Shown one piece after another: positions 1 through 8,960 of a DNA stretch of 64,000 nucleotides (position 1 is the first letter of the stretch; each line of letters starts with the position of its first letter). Origin of the DNA: a virus; the IMG/VR virus record IMGVR_UViG_3300025581_000001, positions 56,727-120,726 of that record, one strand, 5' to 3'. The position numbers were made by a program, and so were the translations under genes. The notes under the pieces are model-generated. The model made no database searches. It worked only from the letters and a program-made list of their open reading frames with translations, and was not told where the DNA came from.

Positions 1-1
1 C

Positions 2-3000
2 GCCGAGGAGAAGGCGCTGCTGGCTCTGTTGCAGACTAAACTTAAGGTCAATGCTATCACTCCGCAGGCGTTTCAGACTCAGAGTTCAATTCTCAATGCG
101 CAGATGGGGATGCAGCGCACGGCAGTAGAGAATGCCAGCAGCCGCCAGCTGCTCATGTTCAACAGGCAGCAGCCTCAACTACGTGGAGGAAAAGGAGAAG
201 AGGGCAGCTTGCTGCGCGGTATGGGCATGGGCATTACCCGCAGCTTGGGTGGTGGACTTGTCGGCTCGATAGCGACCGGTCTGATGTTTGGTGGTGGTAC
301 CTTGATGGTGTTCGATCAAGCAGCTCGCGGCATCGAGCACATGATGCACTCGATGAAGGAGTTCATCCTGGCGTCCGGCCCCATGCAGCAGGTGAATGCG
401 CAGTTCCAGACGCTGGCCAAGGGAGCGGGCATTGATGCTCCAGCATTCATGGATAAGCTGCGCGCATCGACCCACGGGCTTGTCGACCACATGGATTTGA
501 TGCGGGTCGCTACCGGAGCACTGCGCAGCAATCTGAAGCTTTCCGATACAGATATTCTGCGGCTGGTCAAGGACACGACTGAGTTGGCCCGCGTGCAGGG
601 CAAGTCAGTGCCACAGGCCATGCATATGCTTGACACCGCTTTGCAGACTGGGCAGATGCGTGGCGTTGCAAGGTTTCTTGGTCTCAATCAGCGCGAGTTG
701 ATGATGAATGTTGCTCCACGTGGCGCAACGATACAGCAGCGTGAACAGCTGCAGATGACACAGGTGCGAGGAGCGATGGAGTCACGGCTGGCCAAGACTG
801 GTATCGCACCTGAGACCATGACCGAGAGCTTCCAGAAGTTGAAGCAGGCACAATCTGAATTTTGGGAGGACTTCGGGCAAGGGATGGCGACGTCTACCGG
901 AGCAAGGGCATTCATAGCGTCACTCAGCAAGATGGCTGACGGTATCGGTGGCCTGAGTGGTATGGCGAAGAAGTTGGGGGAAACGCTGGGAGAAGCGTTC
1001 GCATTTGTAGGACGCGTACTACTCAGTGTTATAGAGGACTTCGGAAGTCTTGCAAAAATCATAGGTTTAGTGGTTAGTCAGGGAGTTGCCGGAATCACAT
1101 CTCTTGGCGGAGCAGTTGGAGGATTGCAGGGGCAACTGACTGGCATGAAGTCTGTGTTCAGCTTCATGTTCGAAGTTTTTAACCAGATGGAGCTGGGGGC
1201 GAAGAAGTTGGGCTCTGTGTTCGTACTGCTTGCCGAAGTACGTAACCCTTGGATTAAATTTGGGGATGCGGTCGACCACTACAACGCGTCGGTCGGCAAA
1301 GCCGATGAGCACGCGACCAGTCAGACGTTTGAGATGAACAAGGCGTTGGTCGGGCCTCCGACTATTCCACTAGAGAAAGCAAAAGCTGACCTTACAGCTT
1401 ATCGGAAATTGCTGGAGACTGCTAATAAGGAAATTGCTGCTACAGGAGGTGTACCGAAGACAGGCCCCATCTCTACTGAGATGGCATCGCGGATTCAGAA
1501 GCGTGATGAGTATCAGAGGGGCATTACAACCATTCTCTTATCACGTCCAGAATTAACCTCTGCAGACACAAGTGGAGTGACAACTGGTGGAATTGACCCC
1601 GCTACTCGCGCGCAGAATATGCGCGATGCGCAAGCTGCGCTGAAGATTACCGAGCTGGTCGAGGACGAGAAGCTGAGTGTCGTCAAGCGGGGGCTCGAAG
1701 CGCAGCGCGACGCGCAGCAGCAGATGTTAAAGAGTGGTGAGACCGACCTCTTCAGCTACGTCCAGAAAATGAAGGGATACGTCGAGGCCGAGAAGAACGC
1801 GGAGCTTAGTCGTATCGATGCTGTAGAAAAAGCCAACAAAGAGATGCGGCAGGCTGAACTGGCTACGGGGGGTATCACTCAGAAAGACTACTTGAATGCA
1901 ACCGCTGTCGCTGCCAAGGAAGCGGCCAAGCAGAAGTCGGGGGTGGAAGAGGAAGCCGCCAAGAAGACGATGGCGCTTACTGACCAAGTCAACCAAGATA
2001 AGGTTGCTGCGGTAGCGGTTGCTGAGAATCGAGAAATTCAGATTCGCAAGGATGCTCTTGCTCTACAGCAGGAGATGATAAAAGACGCCTACGACAAGCA
2101 ACTGCTGAGTGTCAATACCTACCTTGCCAGTGAACGTGCTGCGATAGAGGAAACCTACAAGATCGAGGAAGATGCTGCTAGTGAAAAGTACTACCGTACC
2201 GAGCAAGGCCAGAAAGACTTGGAGCAGCTGGCTGCTGATTATACTGCTGCGCAGGCTAAGCGCGAGAAAAGTGTTACTACTCAAGCCAATAGCGAAGTAC
2301 AGAAACGTGTTGCACGTGCTCAGCAAGACTATGAGACCGTAGCTGGTTTTCTCCAAGCACGTCAGCAGTTGCAGGTAGCGCAACGTGGTGGGCAGGAGCT
2401 GCCGGTAGCGCAGCAGCGCGATGACTTGGCTACGCAGATTGCGGCCCTCAGCAAGGCCATTGCTACTATGGCGGCTGACATTGCGACTGCTCCGGCGGGA
2501 CAACGAATGCAGTTGGCTCCGCAGTTGATGGCGAAGCAGCAGGAGCTTATCCCGCTGCAGGTAAAGCAGGCGCAGCTGAATGAAGGGCCGATTCCTCTTT
2601 CCTCGGTGGGTGATTTGGCGTCCGCGCTTGGGCAACTTCCACAAGGCACGACTCGTGCTTTCAAGGGCGTGGGTGCGATACCGGAACTCATGCAGTGGAT
2701 GACCAAACAGCAGCAGGCACAGAAGGAAGGTGCTGTGCCAGGGATTATTTCTGGGCCAATGCAGAATCTTGGACTGCTGTTCCACGACTTGTTTACCAAT
2801 GCTCATGGCCTGCCTGACGCCTTCAGGAACCTAGAGCAGTCATTGCTCCCTGCTATTCAGGCCATTGCCAGCTTTGCTTCTGCCGTACAGCAAGGGCCAG
2901 TGGCGGGGGCCATCGCGGGTGCGGGCATGGGCAAGATGCTGTTCAGCGGTGGAGGAATGTTCAGTGGGATTGGTTCTTTATTGAGTGGGTTGCATGGTAA

Positions 3001-4306
3001 AAAACAGAGTGATGGGTCTGTACCTGGCCCAGGACAACCTGTTGAGTTTGTAGATAAAGGCGCTCCAACTGGAACTTCTGGAGTAGAAGGAGTGCCACCG
3101 GGAATGGGTTCTTCTGGGGTTACTTCCGAAGCGACTTCGGGTGCCTCCAGCGCTGTAGGTGGTGCTGTTAGTAGTATGGTTACAAAATTGGCCAGTAGCG
3201 TAGGTAGTTCGTTGCAAGGTCTCGGCGCGATGGCTGGGCCTATTGGTGCGGTTGCCGGTGCCGCTTTTGGTGCCATCCTTTCCAGCATTGTTGAGAAGAA
3301 GCAGCGGGCAACAGAGAAGTACCTGCTGCAGATGCAGCTGGATTTCCAACGGATAACCTTGTCGCTGCAGACCGGCCAGATAGGCATGAACGAGGCTATC
3401 ACCGAGGCCATTGCGCTGCGCAACGACGTGCAGGCGCAGATGAACAACTCCAGCAAGAAGAAGCGCAGCGCCTACATGCAGGAGTTGCAGGGGTTCAACC
3501 AACAAATCCAGCAGCTGCAGGCACAGCAGGTGCAGCAGGTGCAGCAGATGTACGAGCAGGTGAATACCGTTGGGGCATCGCCGCTGAACGCATTCACTCA
3601 GCAGCTGCAGCAGATCATCCAGCAGTATGCGCAGTTCGCCGGGGCGGCGCGGAACACGCAGGACTTGGCATCAGCGACCGAGTGGCTGACCAAGTCATTG
3701 CAAGGCTATGCGCAGACTCAGTTGACCGCAATGAACCAGGCTGAGACCGGAGCCATTCAAGATGCTATCCAGCTGAATGACTTGTACACCCAGCGCAACC
3801 AGCTGCTGCAGCAGGAAGCCAACACTGAGTACAACATCATGACTCAAGGCATCCTGACCCGGCAGCAGACCACGGCGCAGAGCAAGATGGAGCAGATTGC
3901 CCTGATGAAGCAGCAGGACGCTATCCAGCTGCAGAACCTGAACGAGCAGATCGGTGCCGCGCAATTCCGGGTGGATGCAGAGAAGAAAATTTTCAATCTA
4001 GCGACCACGCGAGTTGGACTGGAGATGCAGCTGTTGGCCATGCAGAATCAGTCGACCACCTTGCAGATGGCACAGGTTGCCGCTCTGCAGCAGGTGGTGA
4101 TGGCGATGCAGAGTGGGAACTTCCAGAACATCCTGACCGGCGGACTGAACGTTAATCAGAACGCTCCGGGATACCAGGCTTTCTGGAACCTGCTCAAGGC
4201 GCTAGGCATGCAGCCTTCCGACTTGATGAACCAGTTCCTCAAGCAGTTCAACGACATGAGTGGTTATGGCTTTGGTGGATTCTCTATCGTATCAGGTGGC
4301 GGATAA
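2..4306 (+). CDS. Tail tape measure protein (5' truncated by window edge)
   Basis: Frame is open from base 2. More than 1400 aa, A/Q/G/L-rich and helical/coiled-coil, with TMP-like segments (MDKLRASTHGLVDHMDLMR; GPIGAVAGAAFGAIL). Lies directly upstream of tail genes. Confidence 0.85.
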   Translation, partial: AEEKALLALLQTKLKVNAITPQAFQTQSSILNAQMGMQRTAVENASSRQLLMFNRQQPQLRGGKGEEGSLLRGMGMGITRSLGGGLVGSIATGLMFGGGTLMVFDQAARGIEHMMHSMKEFILASGPMQQVNAQFQTLAKGAGIDAPAFMDKLRASTHGLVDHMDLMRVATGALRSNLKLSDTDILRLVKDTTELARVQGKSVPQAMHMLDTALQTGQMRGVARFLGLNQRELMMNVAPRGATIQQREQLQMTQVRGAMESRLAKTGIAPETMTESFQKLKQAQSEFWEDFGQGMATSTGARAFIASLSKMADGIGGLSGMAKKLGETLGEAFAFVGRVLLSVIEDFGSLAKIIGLVVSQGVAGITSLGGAVGGLQGQLTGMKSVFSFMFEVFNQMELGAKKLGSVFVLLAEVRNPWIKFGDAVDHYNASVGKADEHATSQTFEMNKALVGPPTIPLEKAKADLTAYRKLLETANKEIAATGGVPKTGPISTEMASRIQKRDEYQRGITTILLSRPELTSADTSGVTTGGIDPATRAQNMRDAQAALKITELVEDEKLSVVKRGLEAQRDAQQQMLKSGETDLFSYVQKMKGYVEAEKNAELSRIDAVEKANKEMRQAELATGGITQKDYLNATAVAAKEAAKQKSGVEEEAAKKTMALTDQVNQDKVAAVAVAENREIQIRKDALALQQEMIKDAYDKQLLSVNTYLASERAAIEETYKIEEDAASEKYYRTEQGQKDLEQLAADYTAAQAKREKSVTTQANSEVQKRVARAQQDYETVAGFLQARQQLQVAQRGGQELPVAQQRDDLATQIAALSKAIATMAADIATAPAGQRMQLAPQLMAKQQELIPLQVKQAQLNEGPIPLSSVGDLASALGQLPQGTTRAFKGVGAIPELMQWMTKQQQAQKEGAVPGIISGPMQNLGLLFHDLFTNAHGLPDAFRNLEQSLLPAIQAIASFASAVQQGPVAGAIAGAGMGKMLFSGGGMFSGIGSLLSGLHGKKQSDGSVPGPGQPVEFVDKGAPTGTSGVEGVPPGMGSSGVTSEATSGASSAVGGAVSSMVTKLASSVGSSLQGLGAMAGPIGAVAGAAFGAILSSIVEKKQRATEKYLLQMQLDFQRITLSLQTGQIGMNEAITEAIALRNDVQAQMNNSSKKKRSAYMQELQGFNQQIQQLQAQQVQQVQQMYEQVNTVGASPLNAFTQQLQQIIQQYAQFAGAARNTQDLASATEWLTKSLQGYAQTQLTAMNQAETGAIQDAIQLNDLYTQRNQLLQQEANTEYNIMTQGILTRQQTTAQSKMEQIALMKQQDAIQLQNLNEQIGAAQFRVDAEKKIFNLATTRVGLEMQLLAMQNQSTTLQMAQVAALQQVVMAMQSGNFQNILTGGLNVNQNAPGYQAFWNLLKALGMQPSDLMNQFLKQFNDMSGYGFGGFSIVSGGG

Positions 4307-7300
4307 TGTTCAGAATCTTAATCGACAACCAAGACGGTAGCCCAGCAGTGGACTACGCACGCTATGTAGCCCCCAGCTCTATCGTGGTGCAGGACAAGCT
4401 TAACCAGCCCAGTACTATCCAGATGGTCTTACGTAACATCGACGATGCCTTTGTGACGCCGGTGCGTGAAGCCTACGTGCGTATCTATTCGACCCGCTTT
4501 GGAAGGGTGCTGGCCACCGGCTTCGTTGCCCAGATACCGACGCAGACTTTCACCGGGCTGAACCACAATACTCCATCGACTGCATGGCAGAGCTTCGATT
4601 ATGCAATCACTGTGCAGTCCGACGACTACCTGTTGAACGCTAAGGCTAGTGAGTTCTTTCCGGCAGAGGTCGGACTGGGTGATGGCCAGATCATGGCAGT
4701 GCTGGCTAATCGGCTGGCCCCTGGATTCTTCGACTGCACCTCTGATTCGGTGACCGGCGACTTGATACCATACTTCGCATACGACCCCAGCAAGAACTGG
4801 GGGCAGTACGCCAAGCAGTTCGCCGACGCTGCTCGTTATCGCGTGGGCATCCGCAATAAGCGCATGTTCTTCGCACCCTACGGTGACCAGCCGCTGGGCA
4901 TCGCCTACGACGAGAGTCGACCACAGAAGACATTTAAGACTAGTGGGTTGAACACCGCGCTGATGAATACTCAGTTGGCCAACGATTGCATCGTGATTGG
5001 TGCGGAGGAGCCAGGCAACAATCACGACGACTACTTCTGTGGTGATGGTTTCACTGGCAACTTCGGGCTGCGCCACTTACTGTTTGAGGGCACATCGACC
5101 GACTTGATTAATGAGCCGTGGACGGGAAGTGCTATCGACTCTAAGCTGTGGGCGGTGGTCGACCCTACCGACGCGTTCTTCATGGCAGGCACGCTGAACG
5201 TGGTCGGCGGGCCGGGGCAGTATGTCAGTGGCAGCGACGTGTGGGGCTCGTCCTACATCTTGTCCAACAGCGCCATTGAGCTGGGAGGCAAGCTGGTCAT
5301 CGAGCACGGAGAAGTTGTTCCTATCGACTCGACGCGGGCGTTGATCGGTGGTCTGTATGAGAAGACCAGCTCGCGGATGCCAACGGTTAACCTGTTGAAT
5401 TTTGGGGACAATTTTACCGAAGCGAGCTGGAGTGTTTCTGGTGGCAGCGTTAGTGGAAGCAACATCGTGACGTTTGATCATGCTAGCAGCGTTGTGGAGC
5501 AGGTTGTCGGCCCACTTGCGACCTACGCTGAAACTTTCACCATTTCCTTCTCAGCATCATCGCTGTCGCCACCTACACCTGAGTTACAGGTTAGTGTTGT
5601 GGACATAGAGACCGGTGCTGAGGTTATTAACAGCGTTGCGGTATTACACAGTGATGTGTCGTTCTTTAGCTTTAGTGGCCAGTTTCCTTTTGGACTTGGG
5701 TCTGCTGTTCCTATACCCGGAGATCATCTGAGGGTTAGATTTTCTAATCGTGGTTCGAGTTCGATCACCGTCGATATTCAAAACACGCAGTTGGAATACG
5801 GTGGCGAGTCGACTCCATATGTTGACACTCAAGATGAAGCGAATTGGGCAATGACCGATGTTTTCCTCCCTTACGAGGGTTGCATTGCGGGGTTCGACTT
5901 GCGGGACGGCCCGTCGGGAGTAATTCCGTCGGTGTCCGGTGCAGAAGGCGTGGCCATTCAGCCGGTGTTCAATGGGGCGCTGGTCGCCGGAGTGCCTGTT
6001 CTGGCGATGGATGTTTCACAGGTGCAGGTGTTTAGTGGGACAAACTCGCAAGTCGAGGTGACGCTGGGAGCTAACTGCCCGTTCATCGTTGGTCAATGGA
6101 TTACTTTCGAGGAGCTTGAAGGCTACACCCGATTGAACGGCAGAAGTTACCAGCTGACCTCAACTGACGGCCCTACTGGGCCTCACTTTTGGTTCTATTT
6201 GGGGTACTCCGCCCCAGCATATGGCCCTACTGTCGATACCGGAAGCGTTAGCGCGTTGGGCGCAAATTTCCCGCTGCTGACCAAGATCAATCATAACTAT
6301 ACGTTGCGCACGATAGTTAGCTGCTACAACCAGAGCCGTTATGACACCGTCTATCGGACTCTGGCCGGGACTCCATATGGTGGCAACAACACGGTGGCGC
6401 TGGCCGATATCACCTGGGTGATCGACGACCTCGACCTGACTTACCCGTGGGCTAATCCGGTGGAGTACCGGCTCACTATCAAAAAGGTGCCGGTGCCGTC
6501 GTTCGTGCGCTACGCACCAATCAACAACTACGACGGCAACATGACTCTCAGCTATACCTCGGCGTATTTCCCGCCGCAAGGATCAGCGCAGGTGCAGTCG
6601 TTCTACAAATTTGTGAATGCAGCATCGCAGGCTCCATTGGCCGGATTCCCGTGGCCACCGTCTTACGACATGGTCGCGTCGCTGCCGCTGCTCGACTACG
6701 AGATGGGTTTCGGAATCTATGGAGCGAAGGCGTCGATTCAGAGCGCACAACAGGGAGCCGATAGCAGTCAGCTGGCGTTTTACTCCAACAACCTGCCTTC
6801 GCTGGGATCACGCATCCGCTTCCAGTCATGGGAGGCGCAGGCGGCTGTAGCTCGTGTGCAGAGTATTGCGTCGATCACTGCGCAGGCGGCGATTGTGGGC
6901 GATGATGGTGACCGCATGACAGTGTTCACTGACTTCAATCCCCCGCCACGCACCAGCGAGGAGTGTGAGCTGGCAGGGGCGCAGGCCATCGCCGACCGAG
7001 TAGACCCGACCTACCAAGGGTCATACACGCTGGAGCATACTTTCTTCGACTTCCTTAACTACGATTATCCGCGCTCCGGTAGGCTGCTGAACATCAACGC
7101 GCCGGAGCGCGACATTGTTTATCGCGACTTTATCGTGAATGAAGTGCAGTTCACCATCACCGAGTTGTTCGAGGAGCAGATGATGGTGCAGCTAACCTTC
7201 TCGCCGTCGAAGTACCTGCCGACCTTGCTGCAGCAGTTCTTGCCTACTCCGGTCGGTGTGCTGACCGCGACCGATACCCTGAATCCGCCGACACCCATCG

Positions 7301-8139
7301 AGCTGGCGCAGATCGGGCTGGCGTTTGCACCAGACTTAGATAATCTGCGACTTGAAGCTCCGTGGGATGTGTCGGCAGCAGGCTTCGATGGAAGCAGGAT
7401 TTACGTTGCGATTAACGATCCAACTATCAATGCAATCGAAGTTAGACGAACTAACAATGGCTGGGGCACGAACAACCGAGACCTGATTGGAAGATTCACT
7501 ACTCAGAATTTTACACTGCCAAGGCTGACGTTCGAACAGTCTTGGTACATGCGAGCAATAAAGCTAGGGGTGCCCAGTTATGGGATAGATTCGCTTGGGT
7601 TTGGCTATCTGCCCCATGGTAACTACTATCTTGTGACTACGAGTGTAATCAATGGCGTCGAAGGGCCACCGTTTCTGGAGTTGCCGATTGCATTAACTGT
7701 TGGCAACGCGATAGACCTTGGGTTCTTGACGAGTACGACCAGGGCATATCTGACTGCCGGATTACCGGGGAGCGAGAGGTTCTACACTGAGTTTTCGGCT
7801 GGTCATGCGTATATCACGATTTTTCCCACTACACCAGGAACCCCGCCTTTACCACCGATGTCGCGCCGGGCCAAAGTAGTCCGGGTGTACGCTCCACTAA
7901 TTCCACAGCCACCGATTCTCGACCCGACGCAGCCGGTGAACCCCGACAACTACACGGTGCCTGACCAGATCAAGTTCTGGTTCGCCTTCAACGGCGATAT
8001 CAGGAATATCTATGGTATTGAGATTCGGGGTGCTGACGACCGTACCGTGCTGTTGCGGCAGCCAGTGGTATCGCCCTACGACTTGATCTGGACGTATTCC
8101 TTGCAGACCGCTGGGACGCTGGCGGGATCGGAGATGTAA
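4306..8139 (+). CDS. Large minor tail / central tail (hub-tip) protein with inserted carbohydrate-binding-like domains
   Basis: Follows TMP with TAATG overlap; beta-rich, 1277 aa. Inserted NLL..NF..ASWS CBM-like module and a VTLGANCPFIVGQWITFEELEGYTRLNGRSYQL segment typical of phage tail proteins. Confidence 0.75.
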   Translation: MFRILIDNQDGSPAVDYARYVAPSSIVVQDKLNQPSTIQMVLRNIDDAFVTPVREAYVRIYSTRFGRVLATGFVAQIPTQTFTGLNHNTPSTAWQSFDYAITVQSDDYLLNAKASEFFPAEVGLGDGQIMAVLANRLAPGFFDCTSDSVTGDLIPYFAYDPSKNWGQYAKQFADAARYRVGIRNKRMFFAPYGDQPLGIAYDESRPQKTFKTSGLNTALMNTQLANDCIVIGAEEPGNNHDDYFCGDGFTGNFGLRHLLFEGTSTDLINEPWTGSAIDSKLWAVVDPTDAFFMAGTLNVVGGPGQYVSGSDVWGSSYILSNSAIELGGKLVIEHGEVVPIDSTRALIGGLYEKTSSRMPTVNLLNFGDNFTEASWSVSGGSVSGSNIVTFDHASSVVEQVVGPLATYAETFTISFSASSLSPPTPELQVSVVDIETGAEVINSVAVLHSDVSFFSFSGQFPFGLGSAVPIPGDHLRVRFSNRGSSSITVDIQNTQLEYGGESTPYVDTQDEANWAMTDVFLPYEGCIAGFDLRDGPSGVIPSVSGAEGVAIQPVFNGALVAGVPVLAMDVSQVQVFSGTNSQVEVTLGANCPFIVGQWITFEELEGYTRLNGRSYQLTSTDGPTGPHFWFYLGYSAPAYGPTVDTGSVSALGANFPLLTKINHNYTLRTIVSCYNQSRYDTVYRTLAGTPYGGNNTVALADITWVIDDLDLTYPWANPVEYRLTIKKVPVPSFVRYAPINNYDGNMTLSYTSAYFPPQGSAQVQSFYKFVNAASQAPLAGFPWPPSYDMVASLPLLDYEMGFGIYGAKASIQSAQQGADSSQLAFYSNNLPSLGSRIRFQSWEAQAAVARVQSIASITAQAAIVGDDGDRMTVFTDFNPPPRTSEECELAGAQAIADRVDPTYQGSYTLEHTFFDFLNYDYPRSGRLLNINAPERDIVYRDFIVNEVQFTITELFEEQMMVQLTFSPSKYLPTLLQQFLPTPVGVLTATDTLNPPTPIELAQIGLAFAPDLDNLRLEAPWDVSAAGFDGSRIYVAINDPTINAIEVRRTNNGWGTNNRDLIGRFTTQNFTLPRLTFEQSWYMRAIKLGVPSYGIDSLGFGYLPHGNYYLVTTSVINGVEGPPFLELPIALTVGNAIDLGFLTSTTRAYLTAGLPGSERFYTEFSAGHAYITIFPTTPGTPPLPPMSRRAKVVRVYAPLIPQPPILDPTQPVNPDNYTVPDQIKFWFAFNGDIRNIYGIEIRGADDRTVLLRQPVVSPYDLIWTYSLQTAGTLAGSEM

Positions 8140-8951
8140 TGGCACATAATCCTCATGTAGCGCTTGTGACGATAGAGAACATGATGAACCAGTTACTCGT
8201 GCTGGCTGCGGCGGGTGGGTTCATTAGCATCTACACTGGAGCGCGTCCGGGTGTGGCAGGCGGAGGGCTGAACGAGAGCAATGTGCTGTTGGTTACTCTA
8301 GCGATGGCGAATCCCGCGTTCGGCTATAGCTCCTCTGGAGTGTCGACTGCGAATCCGATTACAGATGGTACTGCTGCGGCTAAAGGGGTGCCGACTTGGT
8401 TTCGCATGTTTGAGGCTGACGGGGTTACTCCAGTTATGGATGGCTCGGCAGGGCATGATAGCAGCTACGACTTAAGCCTGAGTGTATCTGAAATCGATCC
8501 GGGCATTGTGGTGTCGATTACCTCATTCGTAGTTCGCCAGCCAATTGGTAGTCCCTTTGTGGATGTTGCTCCGGGAGTTGCGAATCTGATGCTCAACTGG
8601 ATTGCGAACTATGCGAATAACGGATTCATAAAGGTGTACAGTGGCACGCAGGCAGCAAGCGCGGATGACGCGGTGCCGGGAGGCGATGTGCTGCTGGCTA
8701 CGCTTGACTTGGGCAATCCCGCCGTCGACTCGATAGTTGATGGTGAGATGGCGTTCTCACCGATTGCGCCTGGTTATGGACTTGTCAATGAGACGCCTAC
8801 ATGGTTCCGCATGTATCAGTCGAACGGGACGACGGTGTTGCTCGATGGCTCTGCAGGGTTCGGCGGAGAGTTCGATCTGCTGCTGGGCAGCGCGGTGATT
8901 TCAATCGGCCAGGAAGTACAAGTCGCATCTCTGGTGATGATTCAGAACTAG
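8139..8951 (+). CDS. Virion structural protein with two tandem homologous domains
   Basis: Internal duplication: GFISIYTG..LLVTLAMANPAF..PTWFRMFEADGVTPVMDGSAG versus GFIKVYSG..LLATLDLGNPAV..PTWFRMYQSNGTTVLLDGSAG. Confidence 0.7.
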   Translation: MAHNPHVALVTIENMMNQLLVLAAAGGFISIYTGARPGVAGGGLNESNVLLVTLAMANPAFGYSSSGVSTANPITDGTAAAKGVPTWFRMFEADGVTPVMDGSAGHDSSYDLSLSVSEIDPGIVVSITSFVVRQPIGSPFVDVAPGVANLMLNWIANYANNGFIKVYSGTQAASADDAVPGGDVLLATLDLGNPAVDSIVDGEMAFSPIAPGYGLVNETPTWFRMYQSNGTTVLLDGSAGFGGEFDLLLGSAVISIGQEVQVASLVMIQN

Positions 8952-8960
8952 GTAAAAATT